From assembly GCA_050251055.1 (NCBI GenBank), contig JBFWNL010000004.1:32001-96000 (forward strand): a stretch of 64,000 bases of DNA. The letters run 5' to 3'. The DNA comes from Bacteriovoracia bacterium (GTDB lineage: Bacteria; Bdellovibrionota; UBA1018; JBFWNL01). Made by a program: the position numbers and the translations under genes. Position 1 is the first letter of the stretch. Every line of letters starts with the position of its first letter. Below the pieces are notes generated by a model. It ran no database searches and had not been told where the DNA came from. It saw nothing but the letters and a program-made list of their open reading frames with translations. This document shows positions 39,081 to 48,381 of the stretch, piece by piece.

Positions 39081-39187
39081 TCGTTCGACAGCTTTAAGGC
39101 GGCGGAACCATAGGGTTCGTGACTCAGAATCACGATATCTATTTGAAATAAAAAGGGTTTGAAGTTTACCTAGGAATGTGTCGCCGC

Positions 39188-39203
39188 TGGCACACTCTCT
39201 GCT
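39188..39203 (+). promoter_or_regulatory. Candidate sigma54 promoter
   Basis: TGGCACACTCTCTGCT (GG-N10-GC) 57 nt upstream of ATG 39261, with an AT-rich tract and a CGTGA-N7-TCACG palindrome further upstream. Confidence 0.55.
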
Positions 39204-39260
39204 TTATCTCCCATCGAATAATCGTGGTTCCTGCTGAGTGAACCATCTGTGGAGTGAAGT

Positions 39261-39917
39261 ATGAAAATGAATCTTCTGAAAAAAGCGTCCTTTTGTTTGA
39301 TCGCCGCCGGCATGGCCGCGAATCTCGTGAGCTGCGGAAGCTCGGGCACCCCGGCCACTCCGCTCATTGCTCCGCAAAACCCATTTAACCCTTATAACGC
39401 GCCCGGAAGCTGGGGTTATCAAAACTGCCAACAGTTTTCCGGATATCGTGAATGCCGCATCAACGTGTTCTACAACACGTATCTGTCTTCGAACGGCGGC
39501 ACGAACATGAAACTCAACCCGAACGTCCCCACCGGCGGCTTGAACGTCGGTGCCCCCTTGAAAGCCGGCGATAAAGTCGTCGTGAACGCCCAAGGCGGCT
39601 GGGAAGAAATCGAAGCCAGCAGCGGATTTTACTGGCACTGGGGAGCTTGCGACGAAATCGACGTGAACGGCTTCGACGGCGGCACCCTAACCACGTATCA
39701 AGGACAACCGCGCGGCCTGATGATCTCCAACGGAACCACCGCTCAGTTCGTAGGCGGGAGCAATCAAGTTCAGATCGCTTCCGACGGCCAGCTGCGCGTC
39801 GGCTTGAACATGAACGGTCCGAGCTCAGGCGACTTTCTCTGTGCGGGCGTCGGCTTCACCGAGCTGTACATTCGCCACTGCGAAGACGGCTCGAACAACA
39901 CCGTCGTGTGCCCTTAG
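39261..39917 (+). CDS. Hypothetical lipoprotein, beta-rich with paired cysteines
   Basis: GGAG RBS, lipobox LVSC, 218-aa ORF. Confidence 0.7.
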   Translation: MKMNLLKKASFCLIAAGMAANLVSCGSSGTPATPLIAPQNPFNPYNAPGSWGYQNCQQFSGYRECRINVFYNTYLSSNGGTNMKLNPNVPTGGLNVGAPLKAGDKVVVNAQGGWEEIEASSGFYWHWGACDEIDVNGFDGGTLTTYQGQPRGLMISNGTTAQFVGGSNQVQIASDGQLRVGLNMNGPSSGDFLCAGVGFTELYIRHCEDGSNNTVVCP

Positions 39918-39966
39918 TCGGTCGCGAGACCCAGAAAAGTTTTTTTTAAAAAAATGTAATCTGGTC

Positions 39967-39994
39967 TTGATTCTTCGCGTAAGCACGGTAACAT
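39967..39994 (+). promoter_or_regulatory. Sigma70-type promoter of the small Lys-rich ORF
   Basis: TTGATT-N16-TAACAT preceded by A/T tracts (UP-element-like). Confidence 0.6.
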
Positions 39995-40055
39995 CATCTT
40001 AACAATACGGAGCGAGATTCAGTTTCTCGTTCTTAATGATGATGGAGGAATAACC

Positions 40056-40121
40056 ATGGCAAAGCGTAAGAAAGCCGCTAAGAAGAAGGCTAAAAAAGTC
40101 GCTAAGAAAAAGAAGAAGTAG
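40056..40121 (+). CDS. 21-aa Lys/Ala-rich basic peptide MAKRKKAAKKKAKKVAKKKKK (histone H1-tail/protamine-like); absent from the ORF track
   Basis: GGAGGA RBS 6 nt before ATG, TAG stop, dedicated promoter and intrinsic terminator. Confidence 0.75.
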   Translation: MAKRKKAAKKKAKKVAKKKKK

Positions 40122-40148
40122 TTATTCTTCGTTAGTAAGTTTTGAGCG

Positions 40149-40183
40149 AAAGCCTCGAGGAGACTCGGGGCTTTTTGCTTTTT
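40149..40183 (+). terminator. Rho-independent terminator (possibly also used by convergent pyrD)
   Basis: AAAGCCTCGAG-GAGA-CTCGGGGCTTT followed by TTGCTTTTT. Confidence 0.8.
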
Positions 40184-40215
40184 AGGCCTTTATTTCCCCT
40201 GTTTTTCGCAAGATC

Positions 40216-41226
40216 TTAAAATCCGGCGGCGGCGATCGCGCGGGCAATCCGCCGTGGCCACCGCGGTCCACCGAACACCCACCCGCTGTAGACCTGAATT
40301 AAGTCCGCGCCCGACTGCAAACGTTCGATGGCGTCGGCCTCCGACAAAATCCCGCCGACCGAGATAATGGGTAACGAGGTCAGTTTCCGCGCCTCGATGA
40401 GGCGGTTTTTTGAAATTTTTTGTAACGGTGCGCCACTCCAACCGCCGTCGAGCGGACCTCCTTCGCGTTCCCACCGGCCGGGCAAAGTATTCGTCAACAC
40501 CCAGCCCTCGGCACCCCATCCGGGCGCTTGCGCGAGGATCGCCGCTAGCTCGTCCGAGGGCAAATCGGGGGACAGCTTCAACAGCAGAGGCACGCGTCGA
40601 GATTGCCGGGCCACCACTTCGGCGACTCCGGCGACGATGGGCCTTAAGGAAGCCTCCGTCTGGAGGGAACGCAAACCCGGCGTATTCGGCGAACTCACGT
40701 TCACCACCAAGTAATCCGCGAGACCCACGAGCGCTTGGGCAACGGCCACGTAATCACGCGCGGCCTCTTCCAAGGGCGTATCCTTGTTTTTTCCCATATT
40801 CACGCCCACCCGAAACCCATCGGGCAGCCGATCTCGATGACGCTCGAGGTTCCGGCGCGCTTCGTCCATCCCTCCGCTATTGAAGCCCATGCGGTTGAAC
40901 ACGCTGCGAGTCTCGGCCTCGCGGAAGAGACGGGGCTTGGGATTTCCCGGCTGCGGGCGAGGCGTGACCGTGCCGATTTCGGCGAAACCGAAACCAAAGG
41001 CCGGGAGTGCGTGGATTACCTCGGCGTCTTTATCAAAACCGGCTGCCAAACCGACGCGTGAAAGCAGATCCATCCCCAGTGCCTGCGGCCGAGAGCCTCC
41101 CCCTACCGGAACGCACGCCCGCACCGTCGGCAGCCCGGCGGCTGCCTTCATCCACGCCACGGACAGGCGATGCACCTTTTCCGCATCGAACTGAAACAGA
41201 ACCCGGCTGATCAGCGGCCACATCAC
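40216..41226 (-). CDS. pyrD: Quinone-dependent dihydroorotate dehydrogenase (class 2)
   Basis: GLAAGFDK, GTVTPRPQPGNPKPRLFR, NRMGFNS, NVSSPNTPGLR, KLSPDL. Confidence 0.95.
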   Translation of the reverse strand: MMWPLISRVLFQFDAEKVHRLSVAWMKAAAGLPTVRACVPVGGGSRPQALGMDLLSRVGLAAGFDKDAEVIHALPAFGFGFAEIGTVTPRPQPGNPKPRLFREAETRSVFNRMGFNSGGMDEARRNLERHRDRLPDGFRVGVNMGKNKDTPLEEAARDYVAVAQALVGLADYLVVNVSSPNTPGLRSLQTEASLRPIVAGVAEVVARQSRRVPLLLKLSPDLPSDELAAILAQAPGWGAEGWVLTNTLPGRWEREGGPLDGGWSGAPLQKISKNRLIEARKLTSLPIISVGGILSEADAIERLQSGADLIQVYSGWVFGGPRWPRRIARAIAAAGF

Positions 41227-42308
41227 GCTTCGCCGTCCCGAAGCGAAAGGAAGATCCGTTTAAAGCTCTCGTACCGGGCTAAACCGGTGGCCTGGCAATC
41301 CGCGCGGGTAATGTGATCGCACCCCGCGCGCGTGCACGGCAAATCACGAAACTCTGGAAAGTACTGGGCTGCGTGCTCATGGCTGATCCCCACGAGGCCA
41401 AACTCCCGCACTCCTGGGGTATCTACCCAATGTGCGCCCCCCGGACCTTGAAAAAGCACGGCACCCTTGGTCGTGTGGGTCCCTTTTTTGTTCCCTTCGC
41501 TGACCTTGGCGACCTGGCCGACATTCCGCCCCAGCAAAACACGCAAAAGCGAAGTTTTGCCCACGCCAGAGTGGCCGCAAAACGCCACCCGACGCCCATG
41601 CAAATGCGCCGCTAGGGCATCGAGCCCCACATTTTGCTTCGCGCTAACTTCGAAAACCGATATCCCAAGCGAGCGGTACACCGACCACGGCGGGGCGTGC
41701 GTGAGGAAATCCCCCCCCGCGTTCAGATCAATCTTGTTCACAATCAACGCGGCGGGAATGCCGGCGACTTGAGCCGCGATGAGGTACCGATCCACGATGC
41801 CTAAATTGAAAGCGGGTTTTTCCACCGACGAGACGATCACCAAGAGCTCGATGTTGGCCACGATCGCATGAATCATCTTCGACTCGTGACCGCCGCGTCC
41901 CGGCGCCGGCCGCATCAGGACGTTGCCGCGCGTGCAAAGGCCTTCGACCACGCCGTCCCGCGATCCCATCACCGTGACCTTCACGCGGTCCCCCACGACG
42001 ACGGGGGAACGCTCGCGATGCTCGTCGGAAGACTGGTATACGGAAGCCCGGCGATACGGACAAAGAAGCTCCGTACCCGTTCCATCCACGAGCACGCGGC
42101 AAAGCTTAGGAAAAACTTCCGTCACCGAAGCGTTGCCTTCGGTGGGGTCGAGTAGGGCCGAACGGGCTTGTAGCGCGTTTTTTTTGGCGCGCGCTTTCTT
42201 GCTAGTGAGGCTGCGTGAACTATGACGAGTGCCGCCTTCGGTGCTCTGGTCATCCAGCCATTCGTCGACGTAATGACTGCCCGATCGCTTCTTTTTGTCG
42301 CCTGGCAT
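41223..42308 (-). CDS. rsgA: Ribosome small subunit-dependent GTPase A
   Basis: VVGDRV, NKIDL, GHSGVGKTSL, GTHTT, DTPGVREF, C-x4-C-x-H-x5-C zinc finger; start assumed at MPGDKK. Confidence 0.92.
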   Translation of the reverse strand: MPGDKKKRSGSHYVDEWLDDQSTEGGTRHSSRSLTSKKARAKKNALQARSALLDPTEGNASVTEVFPKLCRVLVDGTGTELLCPYRRASVYQSSDEHRERSPVVVGDRVKVTVMGSRDGVVEGLCTRGNVLMRPAPGRGGHESKMIHAIVANIELLVIVSSVEKPAFNLGIVDRYLIAAQVAGIPAALIVNKIDLNAGGDFLTHAPPWSVYRSLGISVFEVSAKQNVGLDALAAHLHGRRVAFCGHSGVGKTSLLRVLLGRNVGQVAKVSEGNKKGTHTTKGAVLFQGPGGAHWVDTPGVREFGLVGISHEHAAQYFPEFRDLPCTRAGCDHITRADCQATGLARYESFKRIFLSLRDGEA

Positions 42309-42393
42309 GCCTCGCCTGAATAACAAATTGTGCTGCAAAGTGCCAAAAAATAAACTCTTGTCATCACGTCTGGTGGCCCGCATCATCGGGAAG

Positions 42394-42870
42394 ATGGTTT
42401 CGGATGGATATCGAAACAAGTTTTTCGCGCTAGTCGGCCTGGCCCTGGTTCTCGGTGCCTCGGGCTGCGGCAACACCCTCAACTGCGCCGTGCTAGGCGA
42501 CAATCTCTCCGGGCGAATCACCTTTGCCAACGGCACCCGCGCCGAGCTCAATGGCTCCATCGTGATCGAGTGGTCAAAAGACAGCTTCGCCACCGTCGGC
42601 GGCCGCGGGTATATCTCGAACAACCACGGGCTTCTGACCTTTCGCTATTCGGTTTGCGTGGACAACGACGTGCCCGTCGCGGTGCGGGCCTATCAAGATG
42701 AGAACGAAGACCGAGTCCAGTCCACAGGGGAGGCTTCCGGACGGTACGACGGGACCGACACCGGCGACGCCGCCTATCTCACGAAAACCGTCCCCGGAGG
42801 TGTTACTGCCGGCCAGACCAGCCGATGGGAAAAGGTCGACGGGGCCGACATTAACCTGGATGTGCCCTAA
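42394..42870 (+). CDS. Hypothetical lipoprotein
   Basis: Hydrophobic signal ending ASGC; start uncertain. Confidence 0.6.
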   Translation: MVSDGYRNKFFALVGLALVLGASGCGNTLNCAVLGDNLSGRITFANGTRAELNGSIVIEWSKDSFATVGGRGYISNNHGLLTFRYSVCVDNDVPVAVRAYQDENEDRVQSTGEASGRYDGTDTGDAAYLTKTVPGGVTAGQTSRWEKVDGADINLDVP

Positions 42871-43455
42871 ATGAGAACCTCCCGCGGCAAGATCGTCGCA
42901 CTATCTCTGCTGGCGGCGTCGCTAGAGGCAATGGTCGCCAACCCTGCGCAAGCGAACGTCGGCGGCCGCGCTTCGTTTGCGATCCTGGGCTGGGGTAGTA
43001 AGTTTTCTCAATCGAACTCCGCGCAAAGCGTAAACGTAAGCACGCTGCTCTCGATGGGTTTGAACGCAACATTTGGCATTCAAGCCCATGCCTTCTTTTT
43101 GGAGTGGTCGCCGCAGTGGCTCATGACCCGTTACGGCAGCGACCCGCGCGACCGCGAAGGCTCCTTTTACGCGCTAACCGCGTTTCAAGCCGGCCTGACA
43201 TTGGGGCCGATTGAGCCTTACGTCGGATTCAGCTCCGGCTCTTATTCCTTCTCCAGCGGGGTAGAGTCGGGCTTTGGCGGCTCCGGCATCGACCTCGGCG
43301 CCAACATCTACCTTGCCCAAGACAAGCTGAACTTGGGGCTGAAGGCCCAGTTCAAACGAATCTTTATCGGCTCCGATTCGGCGGGAGCGATTCCGACGTC
43401 GATCACTACCCGCGCCGACATCTACATTATCGGGTTCTTCGTCGGCCTAAAGTAA
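42871..43455 (+). CDS. Small outer-membrane beta-barrel protein
   Basis: Signal peptide ending AQA, alternating hydrophobic beta strands, PYVG motif; abuts the upstream lipoprotein gene. Confidence 0.65.
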   Translation: MRTSRGKIVALSLLAASLEAMVANPAQANVGGRASFAILGWGSKFSQSNSAQSVNVSTLLSMGLNATFGIQAHAFFLEWSPQWLMTRYGSDPRDREGSFYALTAFQAGLTLGPIEPYVGFSSGSYSFSSGVESGFGGSGIDLGANIYLAQDKLNLGLKAQFKRIFIGSDSAGAIPTSITTRADIYIIGFFVGLK

Positions 43456-43573
43456 CCCCCCCGAATCCCAAGTTTTCTTATAGTTTCCGGGTCGCTCGAG
43501 ACACAGTTGCCGCCCATCCTTATACTTGGGATAATTGCAGGTAAGTTAACCAATCTCGGCATGTAGGACGTAA

Positions 43574-45586
43574 GTGATGAAGATTTGGGCTACTGAAAAC
43601 ACGCGTGTGTTTTTCCAGTCGATCTGGACGGGCATCATCTTGACCGTCGCCGGCAGCCTCGCCACGTCTTGCAAATACCAGCTCATGAATCCTATCTCCC
43701 GCACCGCGCTTCCTGAAGACGACGCGGTCGTGGACACAGAGCCCGCCCTGGCCCAGATCGCATATGTCGACGCCTCGAACACGAACGGGACGTACCTGGT
43801 GGACGAGCAGCTTTCGATTCAGGTGCATTTCGACGAAGCCGTCACCGTGACCGGCGTGCCCCGACTACGCTTGGCGACGAATCGCGACGCGCTCTACACG
43901 GGCGGCACCGGAACCTCCACGCTCACCTTCACCTACGCCGTACAAATCGGCGACTCCGCGAGCGACCTGAATTACTTGTCGACCACCAGCCTCACCATCG
44001 CCGGCGCTTCCATTAAAGATTCGGACGGAGCCGACGCTTACCTGGAGCTGCCTGTCCTGGCCGGAGCGAACTCCCTAGCCGGCAGGAAAAACCTCGCGCT
44101 CGACGCCGTCGAACAGACCGACACTTTTTTAATCGGGGCTCCGGCGCTCGCTTGCTATGATCCAGCGGTTTGCGACCATCCGATCTGGGCTTCGGTCATG
44201 ACCACGGTCTTTGTGCTGGGTGAAAACGGGAAACCCGAACTCAATACCCGGGTCGCGAGCTCGTTCACCTGGGTGAATGATCGAACCATCTCGATCGACA
44301 TGACGAGTGAATTCGGATCTTTCGGAGACGAGCTAAAGCTAGGCATAGGCCGGCTGCACGACCTCTTTATTAGCGCTACGCCCATCACGTGGCGGGAAAA
44401 CGATGTAGGCGAGCTCATCCGCCGCATGACGATCACCGGGGACGACAATACCGTGGGCATCGAATTCGACCGCGTGATCACACCGGACGAGGCATACGGG
44501 ATCCTGGCCATGCCGATGACGGGGCTGCTTAGTTTGGACAATGCCGGCGACCTGGATGGGGATGGAATCCTGACCAACTACCCGATTTCTTTCAATCACT
44601 ACAAAATCACTTCGTTTTCCGTGAATGATAAGATGCTCCTGGAAAGAAACGAAAACGTGGTCGACAGCGGAAATTCTTACATCTACACCTATCCTTCAGT
44701 GGAAGTACACTCGGTCACGAACGCGAGCCTGGTAGCCTCGTTTACTTCCGGACAAAGTTATCTCATCATCGGCAAACGCGAAGACTCGGTCACCGACAAC
44801 TTTGACTTCGTCGGCAATAACGGCGCCCGCGTCCAAGAAATCAAGGAACATTACATTTACCTGGCGCGGAGTTCGAGCTTGGTTTTAGACACTCCAGAAA
44901 AGCGGATTGCCTTCCTCGCTTACGCTAGAATCCAAAGTGATGACGTCTGCGGCAGCGATGGAAACGAACTCACCGAAAGCCTCTCGTTTAGCGTGCTCAC
45001 CGCGGACAGCCCGCTTGAATATGCGCGACTCAGTGACTCCAACCCTTCTACGAACTACGGCACGGACATCTCCCAGCTGGATGGCCTCACCATTGAGGTG
45101 CTCACTACGGATGAGCTGCAACAAGCGGTGGAGAGCTCGGTCGATGCGGTAGAAACGGCGTCAGGTAACGTGACGATTAACGTGTCCACCGTAGCCGCCG
45201 ATCAGCTTCCGGATACGCTCGCCACCATGAAATCGGGCGGATCGCTTCCGGATGCCTTGCTGATCCGCGTATCCGAAGCCGCTTTGCATATGGGAAATTT
45301 CGCATCTTTCCTGCGCTCCCTTAGCTACTTCCCGGTCCTAGGCAACGTCGACGCCACCTACGACGGATTCATTGCCGACATTTTGCCGACCGGGGACGGC
45401 GATATCGTCAGGTACGGAGACGCCTGGAGTTACCTAATGCACGAAGGCTACGCCAATCTTGCGGGCACTTGCCAGGTGGCCCAAGCCATCGTCCACCAGG
45501 ATCACGAAACCGCGTTTAGCCGGTCCAAGCTGAAGTTTCGGCCCCAGGACGCGGCACGATTTGAAGACACTGCCTTTACCTTTTGA
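43574..45586 (+). CDS. Lipoprotein with an adhesin-type Ig-like domain fused to a divergent SBP family 5-like domain
   Basis: Lipobox ATSC; GTY...VHFDEAVTVTGVPRL...YTGGTGTSTLTFTYAVQ.GD..SDLNY; later VASSFTW.ND.T and YKI......MLLERN. Confidence 0.55.
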   Translation: MMKIWATENTRVFFQSIWTGIILTVAGSLATSCKYQLMNPISRTALPEDDAVVDTEPALAQIAYVDASNTNGTYLVDEQLSIQVHFDEAVTVTGVPRLRLATNRDALYTGGTGTSTLTFTYAVQIGDSASDLNYLSTTSLTIAGASIKDSDGADAYLELPVLAGANSLAGRKNLALDAVEQTDTFLIGAPALACYDPAVCDHPIWASVMTTVFVLGENGKPELNTRVASSFTWVNDRTISIDMTSEFGSFGDELKLGIGRLHDLFISATPITWRENDVGELIRRMTITGDDNTVGIEFDRVITPDEAYGILAMPMTGLLSLDNAGDLDGDGILTNYPISFNHYKITSFSVNDKMLLERNENVVDSGNSYIYTYPSVEVHSVTNASLVASFTSGQSYLIIGKREDSVTDNFDFVGNNGARVQEIKEHYIYLARSSSLVLDTPEKRIAFLAYARIQSDDVCGSDGNELTESLSFSVLTADSPLEYARLSDSNPSTNYGTDISQLDGLTIEVLTTDELQQAVESSVDAVETASGNVTINVSTVAADQLPDTLATMKSGGSLPDALLIRVSEAALHMGNFASFLRSLSYFPVLGNVDATYDGFIADILPTGDGDIVRYGDAWSYLMHEGYANLAGTCQVAQAIVHQDHETAFSRSKLKFRPQDAARFEDTAFTF

Positions 45587-46151
45587 CCCCAGAAGGCATA
45601 CTATTCCAAATACCGTGTCCCGATCCGACCTGCACATCGCCACTTCTCGACTCGATATCCGAAACTGGCGTTCCCGCGACGCCGAGGCGTTCTTTGCGCT
45701 CGTTCAAGACGAAGGGTTTCACGCGCATGCGATCACGGTATATCGACAAACCGATCTCGCTTCTTCCCGGCGATGGGTGGACGATGCCGTCGCGACCTAC
45801 GACGCTACCGGCCTGGGGAAGTGGGCGATCTGGGAGCGCGAGACCCACCAGCTCGTAGGCATGGGCGGACTGACGGAATGGACGATAGGGGAGGAATCCT
45901 TGATCGATCTCACCTACCGATTCCGCACCTCCGCGTGGGGGAAAGGATACGGGACCGAATCGGCCTCCGCGATGGCGCATTTCGCATTCAATCAATTAGG
46001 GTTGAGTCAGATCACGGCGACCATCACGCCGGCCAATCTGGCCTCGAAGCGCGTGGCTTCACGTTTGGGAATGAAGCTTGATCGACGCATTACGCTTAAG
46101 GGCGTGGAGACTGACCTCTATCGGCTGGTCTCATCCTCTACTGTTTCGTAA
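45561..46151 (+). CDS. GNAT N-acetyltransferase (RimJ/RimL-like)
   Basis: TSRLDIR, WGKGYGTE, N.ASKRVA.RLGM; start uncertain. Confidence 0.85.
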   Translation: MKTLPLPFDPRRHTIPNTVSRSDLHIATSRLDIRNWRSRDAEAFFALVQDEGFHAHAITVYRQTDLASSRRWVDDAVATYDATGLGKWAIWERETHQLVGMGGLTEWTIGEESLIDLTYRFRTSAWGKGYGTESASAMAHFAFNQLGLSQITATITPANLASKRVASRLGMKLDRRITLKGVETDLYRLVSSSTVS

Positions 46152-46533
46152 GGGGCGCCTCGGCATGGAGCGCGCACGCCCACTTCCCGTTTCGCTTTAC
46201 CCAGGTGGAGGCATCGGCAGCCCGGAAACGGGTTTCCTCACCATCGATCTCCATGTGCGTGTCCACCTGGTAGGTGACAATAGCGGCATTTTCACTCAAT
46301 AGCCGCACTTGTGTATCCGCTCCGAACTCGAAGCTTTTTAACCCTTCCTGATGCATTTCGAAGAGATTGCAAAATTCTGCCTCATCGACGGCGCGCGCGC
46401 CCTGGGGCCCGGCAATGAGGCAAGGAAAGTCCGTCAAATCCAAGGCGGTGTTAAGATCGTGATCCTGCATGGCCTGCCAATACTTTTTTTCTAAATCGAT
46501 CAGCTCTTGCTTTAAATTGGCTGCGTTTTGCAT
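46138..46533 (-). CDS. NTF2-like / DUF4440 family protein
   Basis: GGAGG RBS before ATG 46533; ELIDLEKKYW.A...D...AIVTY...STWVKRNGKW.CALH. Confidence 0.85.
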   Translation of the reverse strand: MQNAANLKQELIDLEKKYWQAMQDHDLNTALDLTDFPCLIAGPQGARAVDEAEFCNLFEMHQEGLKSFEFGADTQVRLLSENAAIVTYQVDTHMEIDGEETRFRAADASTWVKRNGKWACALHAEAPLTKQ

Positions 46534-46555
46534 AAGTCCTCCTCGCCTCGAGAGC

Positions 46556-46571
46556 TGCATCGGTCGTGCCA
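46556..46571 (-). promoter_or_regulatory. Candidate sigma54 promoter
   Basis: TGGCACGACCGATGCA on the minus strand, 22 nt upstream of ATG 46533. Confidence 0.55.
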
Positions 46572-46659
46572 CGAGATTCACAATCGCCACGGGTTCGCCC
46601 GCGCGGCTCTCCCTTAAGGTGCGCCCTGGACTGGAGTTTGCATTCCCGTAGTGGCTTAG

Positions 46660-48381
46660 ATGAGTAAAATCGTTACGATAATAGCCGTGCTTTGGGGACT
46701 CGAGTGCGCGGCGTTTGACCCGCATTTGTGCCAAAACGTGACACTTACGGCGCGTCCAATCCCGGAATTTACCGCCGAAGAAAAAGTGTTCCTGTGCGGT
46801 GACCCCGCCGTGCACGAATGGCGCAATCTTCCTCTCAAGCAAGTTGAATTTCATGCGCGCTCTTTTCTACAATCTAGGGGGTATCATTCGCCCATCTTTT
46901 CCACTCGCTCGGATCATCTCACCATCGATCCCGGTCTGGTCACGTCCGTTTCGGAAATAAATGTAGAACAATCGCCAATCCCCGTTTCGCTCCATCGACT
47001 TCGGAACATAATTGGCCAACCCTTGACGCCCGGAATATTGGAAATAGTAGAGAGCGAGATCAAAGGCCGAATGCAAGCAAACGGGTACGCATGCCCGATG
47101 ATTCGCGTGACCGGAAACCCAAAAAACGGCGCCATCGTCACGGCGGTGGATGCCGGTCCGATCGCTTCGTTTGGAGAAATTGATCACGACGAAATTCCTG
47201 GGGTGAATTCAACAGTCATCGCACGCTACTACCCCTTCGAAGCTAACGATCCATTCGACTCCCGGAAGTTAGACTTGGCTCAGGTCCGCACCAGCTTATC
47301 GAGCATTGTTTTTAGCAATTCCTTCCTGTTAGGGTGCGAGGAAACGCGCCAAGCAAAAATAAGGCATCATTTGATCGTGGGAGGGCCAAACCTCGTCCGG
47401 TTTGCCGTGGGCGCGAATACGGAATTTGGCCCCATCGCCCGCGCCGAATGGGGCAATAGCCGAGTAGGAAACAACGCTTCGCAATTTAATATTTCGGGTC
47501 GCATTAGCTTAAGGGATCAAAAACTCGTGACTTGGGCTAACGTTTACTTTGATCCGCACACGCGATGGCATCTGGCGCCTGAGTTTGGCCTCCAGCGATT
47601 CGACGAAGAACGAAACGCTTCCTTTCAAATCACGAATCACGTCGGGGCCAAAGGCTCCATGGACCGCGGTGATTTCAGGTATACGCTTTTTATCGGACCT
47701 GGCACCACCTTTATTCAGCGGCTGAAAGGGGTGGGCCTGGATCAGAGCTTCACGTCTTCACTCAACGTCAGTCTAGAGGCCCTTAGTCATCCATTGGAGC
47801 TCGGGCGGGCGAACCCCACCCAAGGTACGCTCCTTCTATTTCAAAATAAAAATAGCCTGGACGGCCTATTGTCGTCGGTGAATGCTTTTACCTTTGATTT
47901 AAGCGGAATTCATTTTTTAAACCTCCTGGATCTCGAACCTCCGCTGGTTGTCCTTTCCTTTCGATTTCGCGCGACGACCACCCTGACGGATCAAAATCAT
48001 AACTCGCCCCTCAGCCTTCCGCTTAATTACCGAAACTACTTAGGGGGAGCTAAGGATATTCGCGGATTTGGTCGAAACGAAATTCCCGCATCCCCGGCCG
48101 GTGCCCTGACGCTTTTAACTTGGGGTACGGAAGCCAGAGTGGATATTCCAGGAATCTCCCAGCTTTATCTACTAGGCTTTTGGGATTTTGGGTATTTGGG
48201 TACCCAAATGTCTAGCTTGGACCGAACGCTCTACACATCTCCCGGGTTCGGCCTCTATTGGGTGTCGCCCATTGGGGTTTTGAAAGGGACGTTGGCGCAC
48301 GGGGTGGTGTTTCATGATACTCCTGAAACCCAAGTCCCCACGCACTGGCAATTCTATGTTTCATTTGGCGGGGACATATGA
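46660..48381 (+). CDS. tamA: Omp85-family outer membrane protein, TamA-like
   Basis: POTRA-like LQSRGY and MQANGY, LGG..DIRGF motif, GFGLYW.SPIG, C-terminal FYVSFG; coupled to a TamB-like gene. Confidence 0.75.
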   Translation: MSKIVTIIAVLWGLECAAFDPHLCQNVTLTARPIPEFTAEEKVFLCGDPAVHEWRNLPLKQVEFHARSFLQSRGYHSPIFSTRSDHLTIDPGLVTSVSEINVEQSPIPVSLHRLRNIIGQPLTPGILEIVESEIKGRMQANGYACPMIRVTGNPKNGAIVTAVDAGPIASFGEIDHDEIPGVNSTVIARYYPFEANDPFDSRKLDLAQVRTSLSSIVFSNSFLLGCEETRQAKIRHHLIVGGPNLVRFAVGANTEFGPIARAEWGNSRVGNNASQFNISGRISLRDQKLVTWANVYFDPHTRWHLAPEFGLQRFDEERNASFQITNHVGAKGSMDRGDFRYTLFIGPGTTFIQRLKGVGLDQSFTSSLNVSLEALSHPLELGRANPTQGTLLLFQNKNSLDGLLSSVNAFTFDLSGIHFLNLLDLEPPLVVLSFRFRATTTLTDQNHNSPLSLPLNYRNYLGGAKDIRGFGRNEIPASPAGALTLLTWGTEARVDIPGISQLYLLGFWDFGYLGTQMSSLDRTLYTSPGFGLYWVSPIGVLKGTLAHGVVFHDTPETQVPTHWQFYVSFGGDI

